Assembly (NCBI GenBank): GCA_046583315.1
Contig: JAYGCN010000019.1
Coordinates: 1 to 20,748, forward strand
Direction: 5' to 3'
DNA length: 20,748 nucleotides
Source of the DNA: Candidatus Hydrogenedentota bacterium
GTDB lineage: Bacteria; Hydrogenedentota; Hydrogenedentia; Hydrogenedentales; GCA-2746185
Part shown: positions 1 to 7,904 of the stretch, piece by piece
Layout of the letters: every line of letters starts with the position of its first letter
Position numbering within the stretch: the first letter of the stretch is position 1
The notes under the pieces: model-generated
What the model was told of the DNA's origin: nothing
Databases searched by the model: none
The model's input: only the letters and a program-made list of their open reading frames with translations
Made by a program: the position numbers and the translations under genes

Positions 1-14
1 CACTTCCAGACACG

Positions 15-51
15 AAAAAAGCCTGCCGGATCCACTAAGACCCGGCAGGCT
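15..51 (-). terminator. Intrinsic terminator downstream of the DUF1559 gene
   Basis: Inverted repeat AGCCTGCCGG (20-29) / CCGGCAGGCT (42-51) with an A6 run at 15-20, which is a U-tract on the minus strand, about 35 nt past the stop at 87. Confidence 0.85.
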
Positions 52-86
52 CGATAGTTCAAATTGTCCTAATTGAGTTAAATCAA

Positions 87-1211
87 TTAGTTGCTCTGAA
101 GACCACCAACTACGCGAGCGTAGTCAGGGAATGCCGGAGCACCCTGTTCGTACTTCACGAATGCAACGTGACCATCAAGGTACAGTACGTTACAACCACC
201 TGGAACGTGGTTGTACTCAGAAGGAATGGTCGACGGAACGTCACCCATGATCCATATCTGAGACTGCGAAGCAGCCGATGCACCAGTGTTGTTGACGTCC
301 GTGATCAAGAAACGAGAAACACCTTCACGAAGACGGAAGATTGTGTTCGTTCCACCGTTACCATAGAAACCATCACCAGGAGCGGTCGAATTTCCCTCGA
401 AGAGCGGCAAGCCCAGAGGGCCTACCTCAGCAAGACTAATTCCGCCACCATCGGTGTCAAGTTCAACATCACTGTCGAATGTTTTCGATGAACGTTTCCA
501 GTCACCAAACAGATTGGCTGGAGCGCCAAGCGTCGTGTAATCACTAAGCGCAAGAACGTATCCCTGAATTGCAGAGGTAAACGGTAGAACAGCCTGTACA
601 GGTTGTTTGTCGTTCAACGGGTTCAGGTTGAAGGTACCACCGCCGATGTTAACGATGGTATCGATTTGAACCGATGTTGTCGTAGTTGAATCGCCGATAT
701 CACCAATCTTGTCCTGAATCCAGCCAAGGTAAATATAACTGTCATCGAGAGTGTTCATGCAACCGGAAATCGCATCCGTACCGCCGTCTTCAACGCTCTC
801 GTACGTTGTATTCACTCCGAAACAAGCAGCATCACCGTCTTCATCATCACGCCAGCCGTTGGCTGTGTCAGAAGGACACACAAACACAGCAGGGTCATCG
901 ATGTACTCAGGATACATTGCAGCAATCTTGGGACCGAAATGCTGATGCAGTCCATCGCCAAGAGAAGCCCAGTCCGAACCAAGGTCTTTGGACCGAGGAA
1001 TGTAGAACTGAATTGGAGGCATTTTTTCGCCACGAGACTCATTCGAGTACATCTTAAGCGAAAGACCAATCTGTTTCAGGTTGTTTGCGCAAGAGGCGCG
1101 ACGAGCAGCTTCACGTGCACGCGCAAGCGCGGGCAACAGGATAGCTGCAAGAATACCGATGATGGCAATAACCACCAACAGCTCAATAAGTGTAAATCCT
1201 TTTTTCTTCAT
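87..1211 (-). CDS. DUF1559-family protein with prepilin-type N-terminal cleavage/methylation site and H-X9-DG C-terminal motif
   Basis: N-terminus [49 protein letters not shown], internal VFVCPSD, C-terminal [25 protein letters not shown] lies upstream of the ATG. Confidence 0.93.
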   Translation of the reverse strand: MKKKGFTLIELLVVIAIIGILAAILLPALARAREAARRASCANNLKQIGLSLKMYSNESRGEKMPPIQFYIPRSKDLGSDWASLGDGLHQHFGPKIAAMYPEYIDDPAVFVCPSDTANGWRDDEDGDAACFGVNTTYESVEDGGTDAISGCMNTLDDSYIYLGWIQDKIGDIGDSTTTTSVQIDTIVNIGGGTFNLNPLNDKQPVQAVLPFTSAIQGYVLALSDYTTLGAPANLFGDWKRSSKTFDSDVELDTDGGGISLAEVGPLGLPLFEGNSTAPGDGFYGNGGTNTIFRLREGVSRFLITDVNNTGASAASQSQIWIMGDVPSTIPSEYNHVPGGCNVLYLDGHVAFVKYEQGAPAFPDYARVVGGLQSN

Positions 1212-1280
1212 GTTTCTTAACTCCTTTATAATAATAAATTATAACGTTTATTTCCCTTACCGAGGTCGGGGGACTACAGT

Positions 1281-1316
1281 AAAAAATAAAAGGGCATTCA
1301 CTAGAACACCCTTTTA
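1281..1316 (-). terminator. Terminator-like hairpin inside the DUF1559 5' leader (candidate attenuator or sRNA 3' end)
   Basis: Minus strand UAAAAGGGUGUUC-UAGU-GAAUGCCCUUUUA-UUUUUU: a 13-bp stem with two G-U pairs that form only on the minus strand, followed by a U tract. Confidence 0.65.
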
Positions 1317-1384
1317 AGGGCAGCGCCGAGGTACCACATACCGCAAATATCATTTGAAATTAGGAGTAGCAAATGATGCTTAAC

Positions 1385-1413
1385 ACAGTATCAGATATAA
1401 ATTGTAATGTCAA
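1385..1413 (-). promoter_or_regulatory. Sigma70-type promoter reading toward DUF1559
   Basis: Minus strand TTGACA (1413-1408), 17-nt spacer ending in TGA (extended -10 TGn), then TACTGT (1390-1385). Confidence 0.65.
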
Positions 1414-1810
1414 TCAATTACATAAACTATAATATATCCATAAACTGTTTATTTATATCTAGTTATACGATATTAAAAAAATTTATAGTAATGATTGATA
1501 CAAATTATAGTAATTATTTTATCAAAATACTGGTTTTAATGGATATTAATATAGATATAATTAGTCTATACTTAAAATATAACGCTATAAACAATTATTA
1601 TGAATATTAGTAAAGGTTTTAAATGAATATATCAAAACATTATTAACTCCAATTATATTAAGTACTTACGAAATATAGGGTGTATTTATATCCAGTATTC
1701 ACTTAGGCGCGAGAGTGTCCGGGATACACGACCTGGAACAGGGTAAAATACCGAAGGATCCGTAGATACATTGGTGGCCTTACATCATCCTGCAAGCCCA
1801 ATACAAAGGA

Positions 1811-2230
1811 CTAGGACGGTGTGCCGTCACCCTTCTCAAGGTACAGCTTCAAACTACGAAGATATTGCGCCCAGTCATAATTGCATTGCGCAAACACCCC
1901 GTCCCGGCTCAACCATCCCGTATGGGAAAAGCCCACGAGGGTACCAGAATTGTTTGCTAGATCAGAGAGATTGAACTCGATTCTGGTCTGTTTCCATTCC
2001 TCGTGCCCTTCAAGGCAGGTCCACTGCACTAGCTCATCGCGAACCAGATTGTCGATGCGCATGAGAAACTTGAATTCACCCCCGAAGCCGAACTGATTGA
2101 CGTAACCCACCGTGGGCTCGGCCATAGTGAATCGGGTCCACCAGCTACGCAACCCGTCTTGCTCGGTCAGCGCCTTATACACCCGTTTACGCTTGGCGAG
2201 TATGGGTAAGGCATGCAAAATGTCAGCCAC
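1811..2230 (-). CDS. SRPBCC/AHSA1 (START-like) domain protein
   Basis: VYKALTEQDGLRSWWT...VQWTC...EW..T.I.F.L...T.V.FSHTGW...W..YL.SLK.YLE.G.G.P pattern of CalC/Aha1-like SRPBCC proteins. GTG start with GGAG RBS. Confidence 0.88.
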   Translation of the reverse strand: MADILHALPILAKRKRVYKALTEQDGLRSWWTRFTMAEPTVGYVNQFGFGGEFKFLMRIDNLVRDELVQWTCLEGHEEWKQTRIEFNLSDLANNSGTLVGFSHTGWLSRDGVFAQCNYDWAQYLRSLKLYLEKGDGTPS

Positions 2231-2268
2231 GTCGGGTTCTCCGATCCATCTATCTGGAAATTCGCCCG

Positions 2269-2336
2269 ATTATACCGAATTGCACGCGGTCAGTCGAAGC
2301 GATGCCGTTGCGCACCCCTTGGGTGTCGTGTATGAT
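2269..2336. promoter_or_regulatory. Back-to-back sigma70-type promoters for the SRPBCC gene (-) and the Fur-family gene (+)
   Basis: Minus: TCGACT (2297-2292), 17 nt, TATAAT (2274-2269). Plus: TTGCGC (2308-2313), 17 nt, TATGAT (2331-2336). Confidence 0.5.
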
Positions 2337-2379
2337 GACGGGCATTCGTCTATGAGCTATCCAAACTTGGGATCGAAGT

Positions 2380-2760
2380 GTGGCGACAACACGAAACACA
2401 AAACAGCGTACACTGATACGCGAAGTTCTGGAAGATGCAGGACGTCCGCTGTCGGCCAGTGAAGTCGCCAAGCTCGCGCGCAAGAAATCGAAGAATATCG
2501 GCACGGCAACGGTCTACCGCGCGATCAACAAGCTCCTCGAAGATGGTTTCCTGGTGCCGGTGGAAATTCCCGCAGAGCCGTCACGCTACGAAGTTTCCGG
2601 ATTACACCATCATCATCACTTCTACTGCCGAAAATGCAAGAAGGTATTCGACGTAGAAGGCTGCCCATCCGATTTTTCCGCGTTCACGCCCAAAGGATTT
2701 ACACTCGATGCCCACGAGGTGATCTTGTATGGTCGTTGCGCGGAATGCGGCCAGACGTAA
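2380..2760 (+). CDS. Fur-family metal-responsive transcriptional regulator (subtype unresolved)
   Basis: R.TKQR..I, IGTATVYRAIN.L...G winged-HTH segment, HHHHHFYCRKC and C-terminal YGRCAEC (two CxxC motifs). Confidence 0.92.
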   Translation: MATTRNTKQRTLIREVLEDAGRPLSASEVAKLARKKSKNIGTATVYRAINKLLEDGFLVPVEIPAEPSRYEVSGLHHHHHFYCRKCKKVFDVEGCPSDFSAFTPKGFTLDAHEVILYGRCAECGQT

Positions 2761-2763
2761 TCG

Positions 2764-3744
2764 CTAGATCCGGATCATCTTCCCGATTTTTGCGGACTTC
2801 TCTGCAGCGACCGTAATCTGCACCGCGCGTAATCCGTCTTCCCCGGAAACCGACGGCTGGACTTGTTTCGTGACGGCCTCAACGAAGTTTTTCACCAATG
2901 CCAGGTCCGCATTTTTTCCGTAGGGTGCCCACTGCGCGCGGGACGCGTTGTTGTCGTAGACATCCACTTTCTGATTGAAGGCATCAATGTAGAGCGAGCC
3001 CTTCGTACCCGTCATGTCAATCGTGACATCGCCCCAGGTGGGAAAGGCCTGCGGTCGATTCCAGGACGCAACGTGGGTCAGCTTCAATCCGTCCTCCATT
3101 TCCAGATGCAACGATCCGATATCGTCAGTTGGCGTTTCAGGATGAATAAGGCTCGCCTTCTCGCAGTAGACCTTCGTGAATTCCTTACCCGTGATCCAGC
3201 GCATCACGTCGGCAACATGTACGGTATGATCCATCACCGCACCGCCCCCGGACAGTCCTTCATCCACGAACCATCCGCCGGGATTTTGTCCGTTATTGGT
3301 ACATGCCGCCGCCAAAGGAGTACCAATTTCGCCGCTACCAATTCGATTCCTGAAATCCTGCAACGTATCAACATAACGACAAGGAAACGCCGTTCCCAAT
3401 CCCACACCCGCTTTCGTGCACGCGGTTATCATCGCCTTGGCATCGGCGACCGTCGTAGCCAGGGGCTTCTCGCAGAGAATCCATAACCCGGCCGACGCGG
3501 CGGCTTCAGCGTGTGCGCAATGGTGAATGTTTTCGGAACAGATGATGACGGCATCAAGATTATTCGCGAGCATTTTGTTGAGAGACGCATAAAACGTGGC
3601 ACCGTGTTCCTTCGCAGCAGCCCGGCCCCGCTTCGCATCATCATCCCAGACCGCCGAAAAATTAACCTCGGCTAAATCAGAGAGGCATTGGGCGTAGCTG
3701 TAGGCATGCATGTGCGCGAAGCTGATGATTCCGATATTGGGCAT
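2764..3744 (-). CDS. Gfo/Idh/MocA-family NAD(P)-dependent oxidoreductase
   Basis: N-terminal Rossmann segment, LCEKPLA motif and GGGAVMDHTVH catalytic motif. Confidence 0.92.
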   Translation of the reverse strand: MPNIGIISFAHMHAYSYAQCLSDLAEVNFSAVWDDDAKRGRAAAKEHGATFYASLNKMLANNLDAVIICSENIHHCAHAEAAASAGLWILCEKPLATTVADAKAMITACTKAGVGLGTAFPCRYVDTLQDFRNRIGSGEIGTPLAAACTNNGQNPGGWFVDEGLSGGGAVMDHTVHVADVMRWITGKEFTKVYCEKASLIHPETPTDDIGSLHLEMEDGLKLTHVASWNRPQAFPTWGDVTIDMTGTKGSLYIDAFNQKVDVYDNNASRAQWAPYGKNADLALVKNFVEAVTKQVQPSVSGEDGLRAVQITVAAEKSAKIGKMIRI

Positions 3745-3794
3745 TCAAGTTCCCCTGGTTGAATCTTCAATTCGGGGCTATGGTAACAAATACG

Positions 3795-5237
3795 CTAGTC
3801 GAAATACTTGTCCACAATCCATTGAGGTTGCCAGTGATCCGGCTCGCGCGGCGTTCCCGTCAAGTCAATCGCCTTGGGCAGAGGTTTCTCATACACCAGT
3901 GGCGCATTGTCGCCGAACTGTTTCTGGGAAGCTCTCATTTGCTCGATCATCTGCAAGACGCGTTCGACATTTTCGGATTCGTTCACAAGATTGCGGGTCT
4001 CATGCGGATCGTTGTCCAGATCGAATAGCTGCATGTGATCTATTTTCGGATAGCGAATCAATTTCCATCGATCAGTCACCACCGCACGCTGAATATCCTC
4101 GTAGGCGAGAAAAATCGTGTCCCGTACACTGTCACTTTCGCCGGACCAAATCGGTACCAACGATTTACCGTCCCGCGTGACCCCCATATCTTTGTCCAAC
4201 AGGTCGAATACGGTTGGAAAAATGTCGTAAAGATAAGTGAGCGTATTCGACGAGGCGTTCTTCGGAATACCCAGACCGGAAAACACCAGCGGCGCGCCCA
4301 TGCTGTGTTCGTAAACGCTCTGCTTGCCCAAAAGTCCGTGGCTACCAAGCGCCAGTCCGTGATCAGCCGCGTACACGATGATTGTATTCTCTCGAAGCCC
4401 TTTTGCGTCCAGCGTATCCAGAATGCGTCCAATCTGATCGTCCATGTGGGTGATCATCCCGTAATACTCCGCCAATTGATCGCGCACGACATCGGGAGTC
4501 CTTGGCCAGGCACCCAAATTCTCGTCGCGCACAATAAGGCGACCGTTGTCGAAGGGATGCTGCGGCAGGAAGTTCTCGGGAAGGGGAAGATTCTTATTGT
4601 AGTATCGCTCACGGTAATCGAGCGGAGGCTGGCGCGGATCGTGTGGACTCGTCAGCGCGACGTAGGCCAGAAATGGCGTATCGGAGTCCTGCTTTTCCAG
4701 AAACGCTATCGCCGCATCCGCAAACAGTTCGCTGGAGAATTTTTCGCCCGTACGTCGATCAACGAACCTTCCGTTTTCGCCGAAATCCACAATCGGTACC
4801 GCTTCGTGATTCGACATGCCCCCCATCATCACCGCTCGCCCAGTCTCAAAACTTTTCACAATGCCCGGCTTGTCGTTGTGCCATTTCCCGGTGACAAAAG
4901 TGCTGTATCCCTCGTCGCGCAGACGCTGGGGATATGTCTCCGTGCCTTCCAGATTCATCTTGAGTCGAAAATACGCCTGACCCGTCATCATCATCGCGCG
5001 GCTGGGCTGGCACACCGCACCATGCATCGATCCCATGCAGTAATTCCGGCGAAAGCTGAATCCGTCACGCACGAGGCTGTCGATATTCGGTGTCTCTATA
5101 TTCGGATTCCCATGCGCCGCAATCGTGTCCGTCCGTTGATCATCTGCCAGAATAAAGAGAACATTGGGTTGGGCCGCTCGGGAAGCGAATGCAGCAAACA
5201 GAAGCGCGGCGACAATCAGAGCTGAATTTCGTTTCAT
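3795..5237 (-). CDS. Secreted formylglycine-dependent (S1) sulfatase
   Basis: Signal peptide, PNVLFILADD, CQPSR (CxPxR), GKWH, PHDP, ADHG and GKQSVYE motifs. Confidence 0.95.
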   Translation of the reverse strand: MKRNSALIVAALLFAAFASRAAQPNVLFILADDQRTDTIAAHGNPNIETPNIDSLVRDGFSFRRNYCMGSMHGAVCQPSRAMMMTGQAYFRLKMNLEGTETYPQRLRDEGYSTFVTGKWHNDKPGIVKSFETGRAVMMGGMSNHEAVPIVDFGENGRFVDRRTGEKFSSELFADAAIAFLEKQDSDTPFLAYVALTSPHDPRQPPLDYRERYYNKNLPLPENFLPQHPFDNGRLIVRDENLGAWPRTPDVVRDQLAEYYGMITHMDDQIGRILDTLDAKGLRENTIIVYAADHGLALGSHGLLGKQSVYEHSMGAPLVFSGLGIPKNASSNTLTYLYDIFPTVFDLLDKDMGVTRDGKSLVPIWSGESDSVRDTIFLAYEDIQRAVVTDRWKLIRYPKIDHMQLFDLDNDPHETRNLVNESENVERVLQMIEQMRASQKQFGDNAPLVYEKPLPKAIDLTGTPREPDHWQPQWIVDKYFD

Positions 5238-5452
5238 ATAGAGTACCTTCGTATTGTGAGCGGGAGTCGCGTCAATGGTACGGGATTATGGTGTCCTCTG
5301 CAAACGAAGGAACGATTATGTCCGAACGGCTTGCATAAGCGCGAACGGTCAGACTCCTCTCAATTTTGCTTCACCGCCGATTCGTCCAGTATCATGTCGC
5401 CAGTTTGACTCAATTCTAATCGGGATAACCCCGATTCTATAAGGGAGACGAA

Positions 5453-6787
5453 ATGAGACACCTTGGACTCATTCGATGGATAGCAGGTCTGACGCTTGCC
5501 TTAATCGTTGTACTCGCGGGTGAAAGCATCGCGCAAGAAGAAATTTCCGTTTCCGACGACACGCCACCTGCAGCGACCCAAGCGGCCGTTGAAGAACCCT
5601 TCGGATTCGATGACTGGGCCGCCATGCTCGGCCGCTTCCATCCCATCGTGCTGCATTTCCCCATCGGGCTCCTGGTTGCCGTATTCCTGTTGGAACTCGC
5701 TGGTATATTCAGACGCTTCCATAATATCGAAGCCGCTCACTGGCTCCTGTTGCTCCTCGGTACCGGTGCCGCGATCGTCGCAGCAACCTTCGGCGTATTC
5801 CTCTCCTGGGAAGGCGGCTACGACGAGACCACCGTCTTTTGGCATCAATGGACCGGCATCGGCGTGGCGGTGTTGGCCGTCGTCGCCGTCGCCCTGCGGG
5901 TGTCCGTCGATCGAAGCCTAAACCACTCAACACAAAATGCCTATCGATTCGTGCTGTTCGCGAATGTCATTCTCGTTTCCGTTGCGGGTCACTTCGGCGG
6001 CAATCTCACCCACGGCTCAGCCTATCTCTTTGAAAACATGCCGCCGTGGATGCCCGTGTCCATGCTGCATCAATCCGGAGATGGATCCGCGGGCGTTGCG
6101 GGCAGTGCTTTCGCCGAGATCATCGAGCCCATCTTCGAAGCCAAGTGTTACGAATGTCACGGCGAGGAAAAGATGAAGGGTGACTACAAAATGACGACGC
6201 GGGAGTTGCTGCTCACTCCAGGCGAATCGGGCAAAGCACCCCTCGTACCCGGTAACGCCATGGCAAGTGAGCTCGTGCGCGTAATTGCCCTGCCCGGCGA
6301 ACATGAGGCGGTAATGCCTCCGGAAGGAAAAGGCGCCCTCTCCGGTGACGACGTCATCGCCATCATGCAGTGGATCGATCGTGGAGCCGATTTCGGTGAC
6401 GGCGAAAACACACTCGTCCTCGCAAAAGAAAAAAGTACGCCCGCCAATGTCGACACCTCGGTACTCGACACCGACGAGAAAATAGACTTCGAAACCCACA
6501 TCTGGCCCATCATTCAAGCCAGCTGCCTGGAATGCCATGACGAGGAAGAACAAGACGGCGATCTTCGTCTCGACACCAAAGAATACATCCTCGAAGGCGG
6601 GGAATTCGGAGACGTGCTTGAACCGGGAAGTCCCGACGACAGCACCTTTTACGAATTGATCATGCTGCCAGAGGACGACACGGACTTTATGCCCGCCAAG
6701 AACGATCCCCTACCCGATGCGCAACTTGAACTCATCAAACGCTGGATCGAAGAAGGCTGTGATTTCGGAGAATGGACCGGCGAATAA
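5453..6787 (+). CDS. Membrane protein with DUF2231-like domain and two planctomycete-type cytochrome c domains
   Basis: Signal peptide; GRFHPIVLHFPIG...HQW.G...GHFGGNLTHG over about four TM helices; CYECH...MPPEGK and CLECH...MPAKN, each followed by a I..WI..G motif. Confidence 0.85.
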   Translation: MRHLGLIRWIAGLTLALIVVLAGESIAQEEISVSDDTPPAATQAAVEEPFGFDDWAAMLGRFHPIVLHFPIGLLVAVFLLELAGIFRRFHNIEAAHWLLLLLGTGAAIVAATFGVFLSWEGGYDETTVFWHQWTGIGVAVLAVVAVALRVSVDRSLNHSTQNAYRFVLFANVILVSVAGHFGGNLTHGSAYLFENMPPWMPVSMLHQSGDGSAGVAGSAFAEIIEPIFEAKCYECHGEEKMKGDYKMTTRELLLTPGESGKAPLVPGNAMASELVRVIALPGEHEAVMPPEGKGALSGDDVIAIMQWIDRGADFGDGENTLVLAKEKSTPANVDTSVLDTDEKIDFETHIWPIIQASCLECHDEEEQDGDLRLDTKEYILEGGEFGDVLEPGSPDDSTFYELIMLPEDDTDFMPAKNDPLPDAQLELIKRWIEEGCDFGEWTGE

Positions 6788-6806
6788 TCCATACAGACAT
6801 ACATCC

Positions 6807-6851
6807 AAAAGAGAAGCCTCCCGCACCGACTCGTGCAGGAGGCTTCTTTTA
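6807..6851. terminator. Bidirectional intrinsic terminator between convergent genes
   Basis: AGAAGCCTCC (6812-6821) / GGAGGCTTCT (6838-6847) with an inner GCAC/GTGC stem, flanked by an A run and a T run. Confidence 0.85.
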
Positions 6852-6870
6852 TCCTTTGAGGAAAATCCGA

Positions 6871-7806
6871 CTACCGTGCGCGATCCGATCCAGCCCGCGT
6901 ACGCGCATCGCGTTGCGCACCATCGGGAACCGCCTGGATGCTCTCGATGCGTTCCAGCCAGGTCGATGTAAGCGTCAAATTCCGATCTGTTCGCGAAGTC
7001 GAAATGGGCGACGTGTCTAGCGCGACAGCTTGTTCATCGGTCAATGGTCGCGTGGCTTCAACAACGCGCGTCTCGGCACGTGGCTCAATGCTGTCTCCCT
7101 CAACTTTCGTTTTTCTCATGCGCATCGCCGGGACCGTAGAGCGCGTCTCATGCGTTGCTTCGTCCAAGGCGTCCAACGCGAACAGTTCGTGCGGATTGAC
7201 ACCCCATTCAAACAGAATCACCGGGCCAAATTCGCCCGTTCCTTTGTCCACCTCTTCGAAATAGAGATCCGTGCCCGATTCCCAATCGAGAAAGGCGTCC
7301 ATCCAGTCAAATGGAAACGCGACTTCATAATCAAACGCACCGAAAATGCGTCCTTCCGAAAAACCATCATTGTACCCGTCGGAAAATCCGCCGTGCAGAT
7401 ACTCGATGTGCATATCATTCGCCAGAAAGTCGAGGTAATCACTCCAATACGCGTTGTCGTACCCTTCACTGAACCCGATGATAAACGCATACCGATACTC
7501 GACAAAGTATCCGTCGTTGTAGGCATCAAATTGACCGTCCCAAAAACCTGCCGTATAGGTCAAATCCGGGGAAAACGGAATTAGATCACCCTGATAAAAA
7601 ATGGGCCCCGCGCCGACCGTGTAGAAACCATCGTCGTAACCGAGAAAGTATTCAAAATCATCCGCGAACCCATCATCATACCCGGCGTTGTAGTCATCAA
7701 TGCCTTCAGGTTCACTGTGTCCATCACTGCTACCACCACAACCGCTAATGATGATGGCCAGCGCCAGAACCGGAATCGTCTTTCCTAAGAGGCCTGCAAT
7801 TCGCAT
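6871..7806 (-). CDS. Hypothetical acidic lipoprotein with Y/F-x-x-G-Y/F-x-x-G repeats
   Basis: Start moved to the ATG at 7806 (AAGGAG RBS). Lipobox IISG|C followed by a GGSS linker. Repeats YNAGYDDGF, YFLGYDDGF, YTAGFWDG, AYNDGY, GFSEGYDNAY, GFSDGYNDGFSEG. Confidence 0.75.
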   Translation of the reverse strand: MRIAGLLGKTIPVLALAIIISGCGGSSDGHSEPEGIDDYNAGYDDGFADDFEYFLGYDDGFYTVGAGPIFYQGDLIPFSPDLTYTAGFWDGQFDAYNDGYFVEYRYAFIIGFSEGYDNAYWSDYLDFLANDMHIEYLHGGFSDGYNDGFSEGRIFGAFDYEVAFPFDWMDAFLDWESGTDLYFEEVDKGTGEFGPVILFEWGVNPHELFALDALDEATHETRSTVPAMRMRKTKVEGDSIEPRAETRVVEATRPLTDEQAVALDTSPISTSRTDRNLTLTSTWLERIESIQAVPDGAQRDARTRAGSDRAR

Positions 7807-7904
7807 GTTTCTCTCCTTCAACGGGTCAAAATGTCTGCCCAAATAAATGCTATTCACCTGTTATTCACTTGAAAATGTCCGAAATCAGGGGGTATTCAGC
7901 GCGA

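Noticed and set aside
1335..1346. ops-like element (GCGGTATGTG, minus strand) for RfaH-type antitermination
   Set aside because: Only a partial match to GGCGGTAG, and the downstream unit is a single gene, not a long operon.
1407..1610. 67-aa Ile/Asn/Tyr-rich ORF
   Set aside because: Composition simply reflects the AT-rich DNA. There is no RBS and it overlaps the opposite-strand promoter.
1385..1700. Replication origin in the AT-rich block
   Set aside because: I found no TTATCCACA DnaA boxes, and no dnaA, rep or par genes are nearby.
2337..2362. GACG-N6-CGTC palindrome as an autoregulatory Fur-family box
   Set aside because: Too short, seen once, and unlike canonical AT-rich Fur/Zur boxes. 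It cannot be supported without orthologues.
4035..5225. 396-aa plus-strand ORF
   Set aside because: Lies wholly antisense to the sulfatase and has no recognisable motifs. This is a typical shadow ORF in GC-rich coding DNA.
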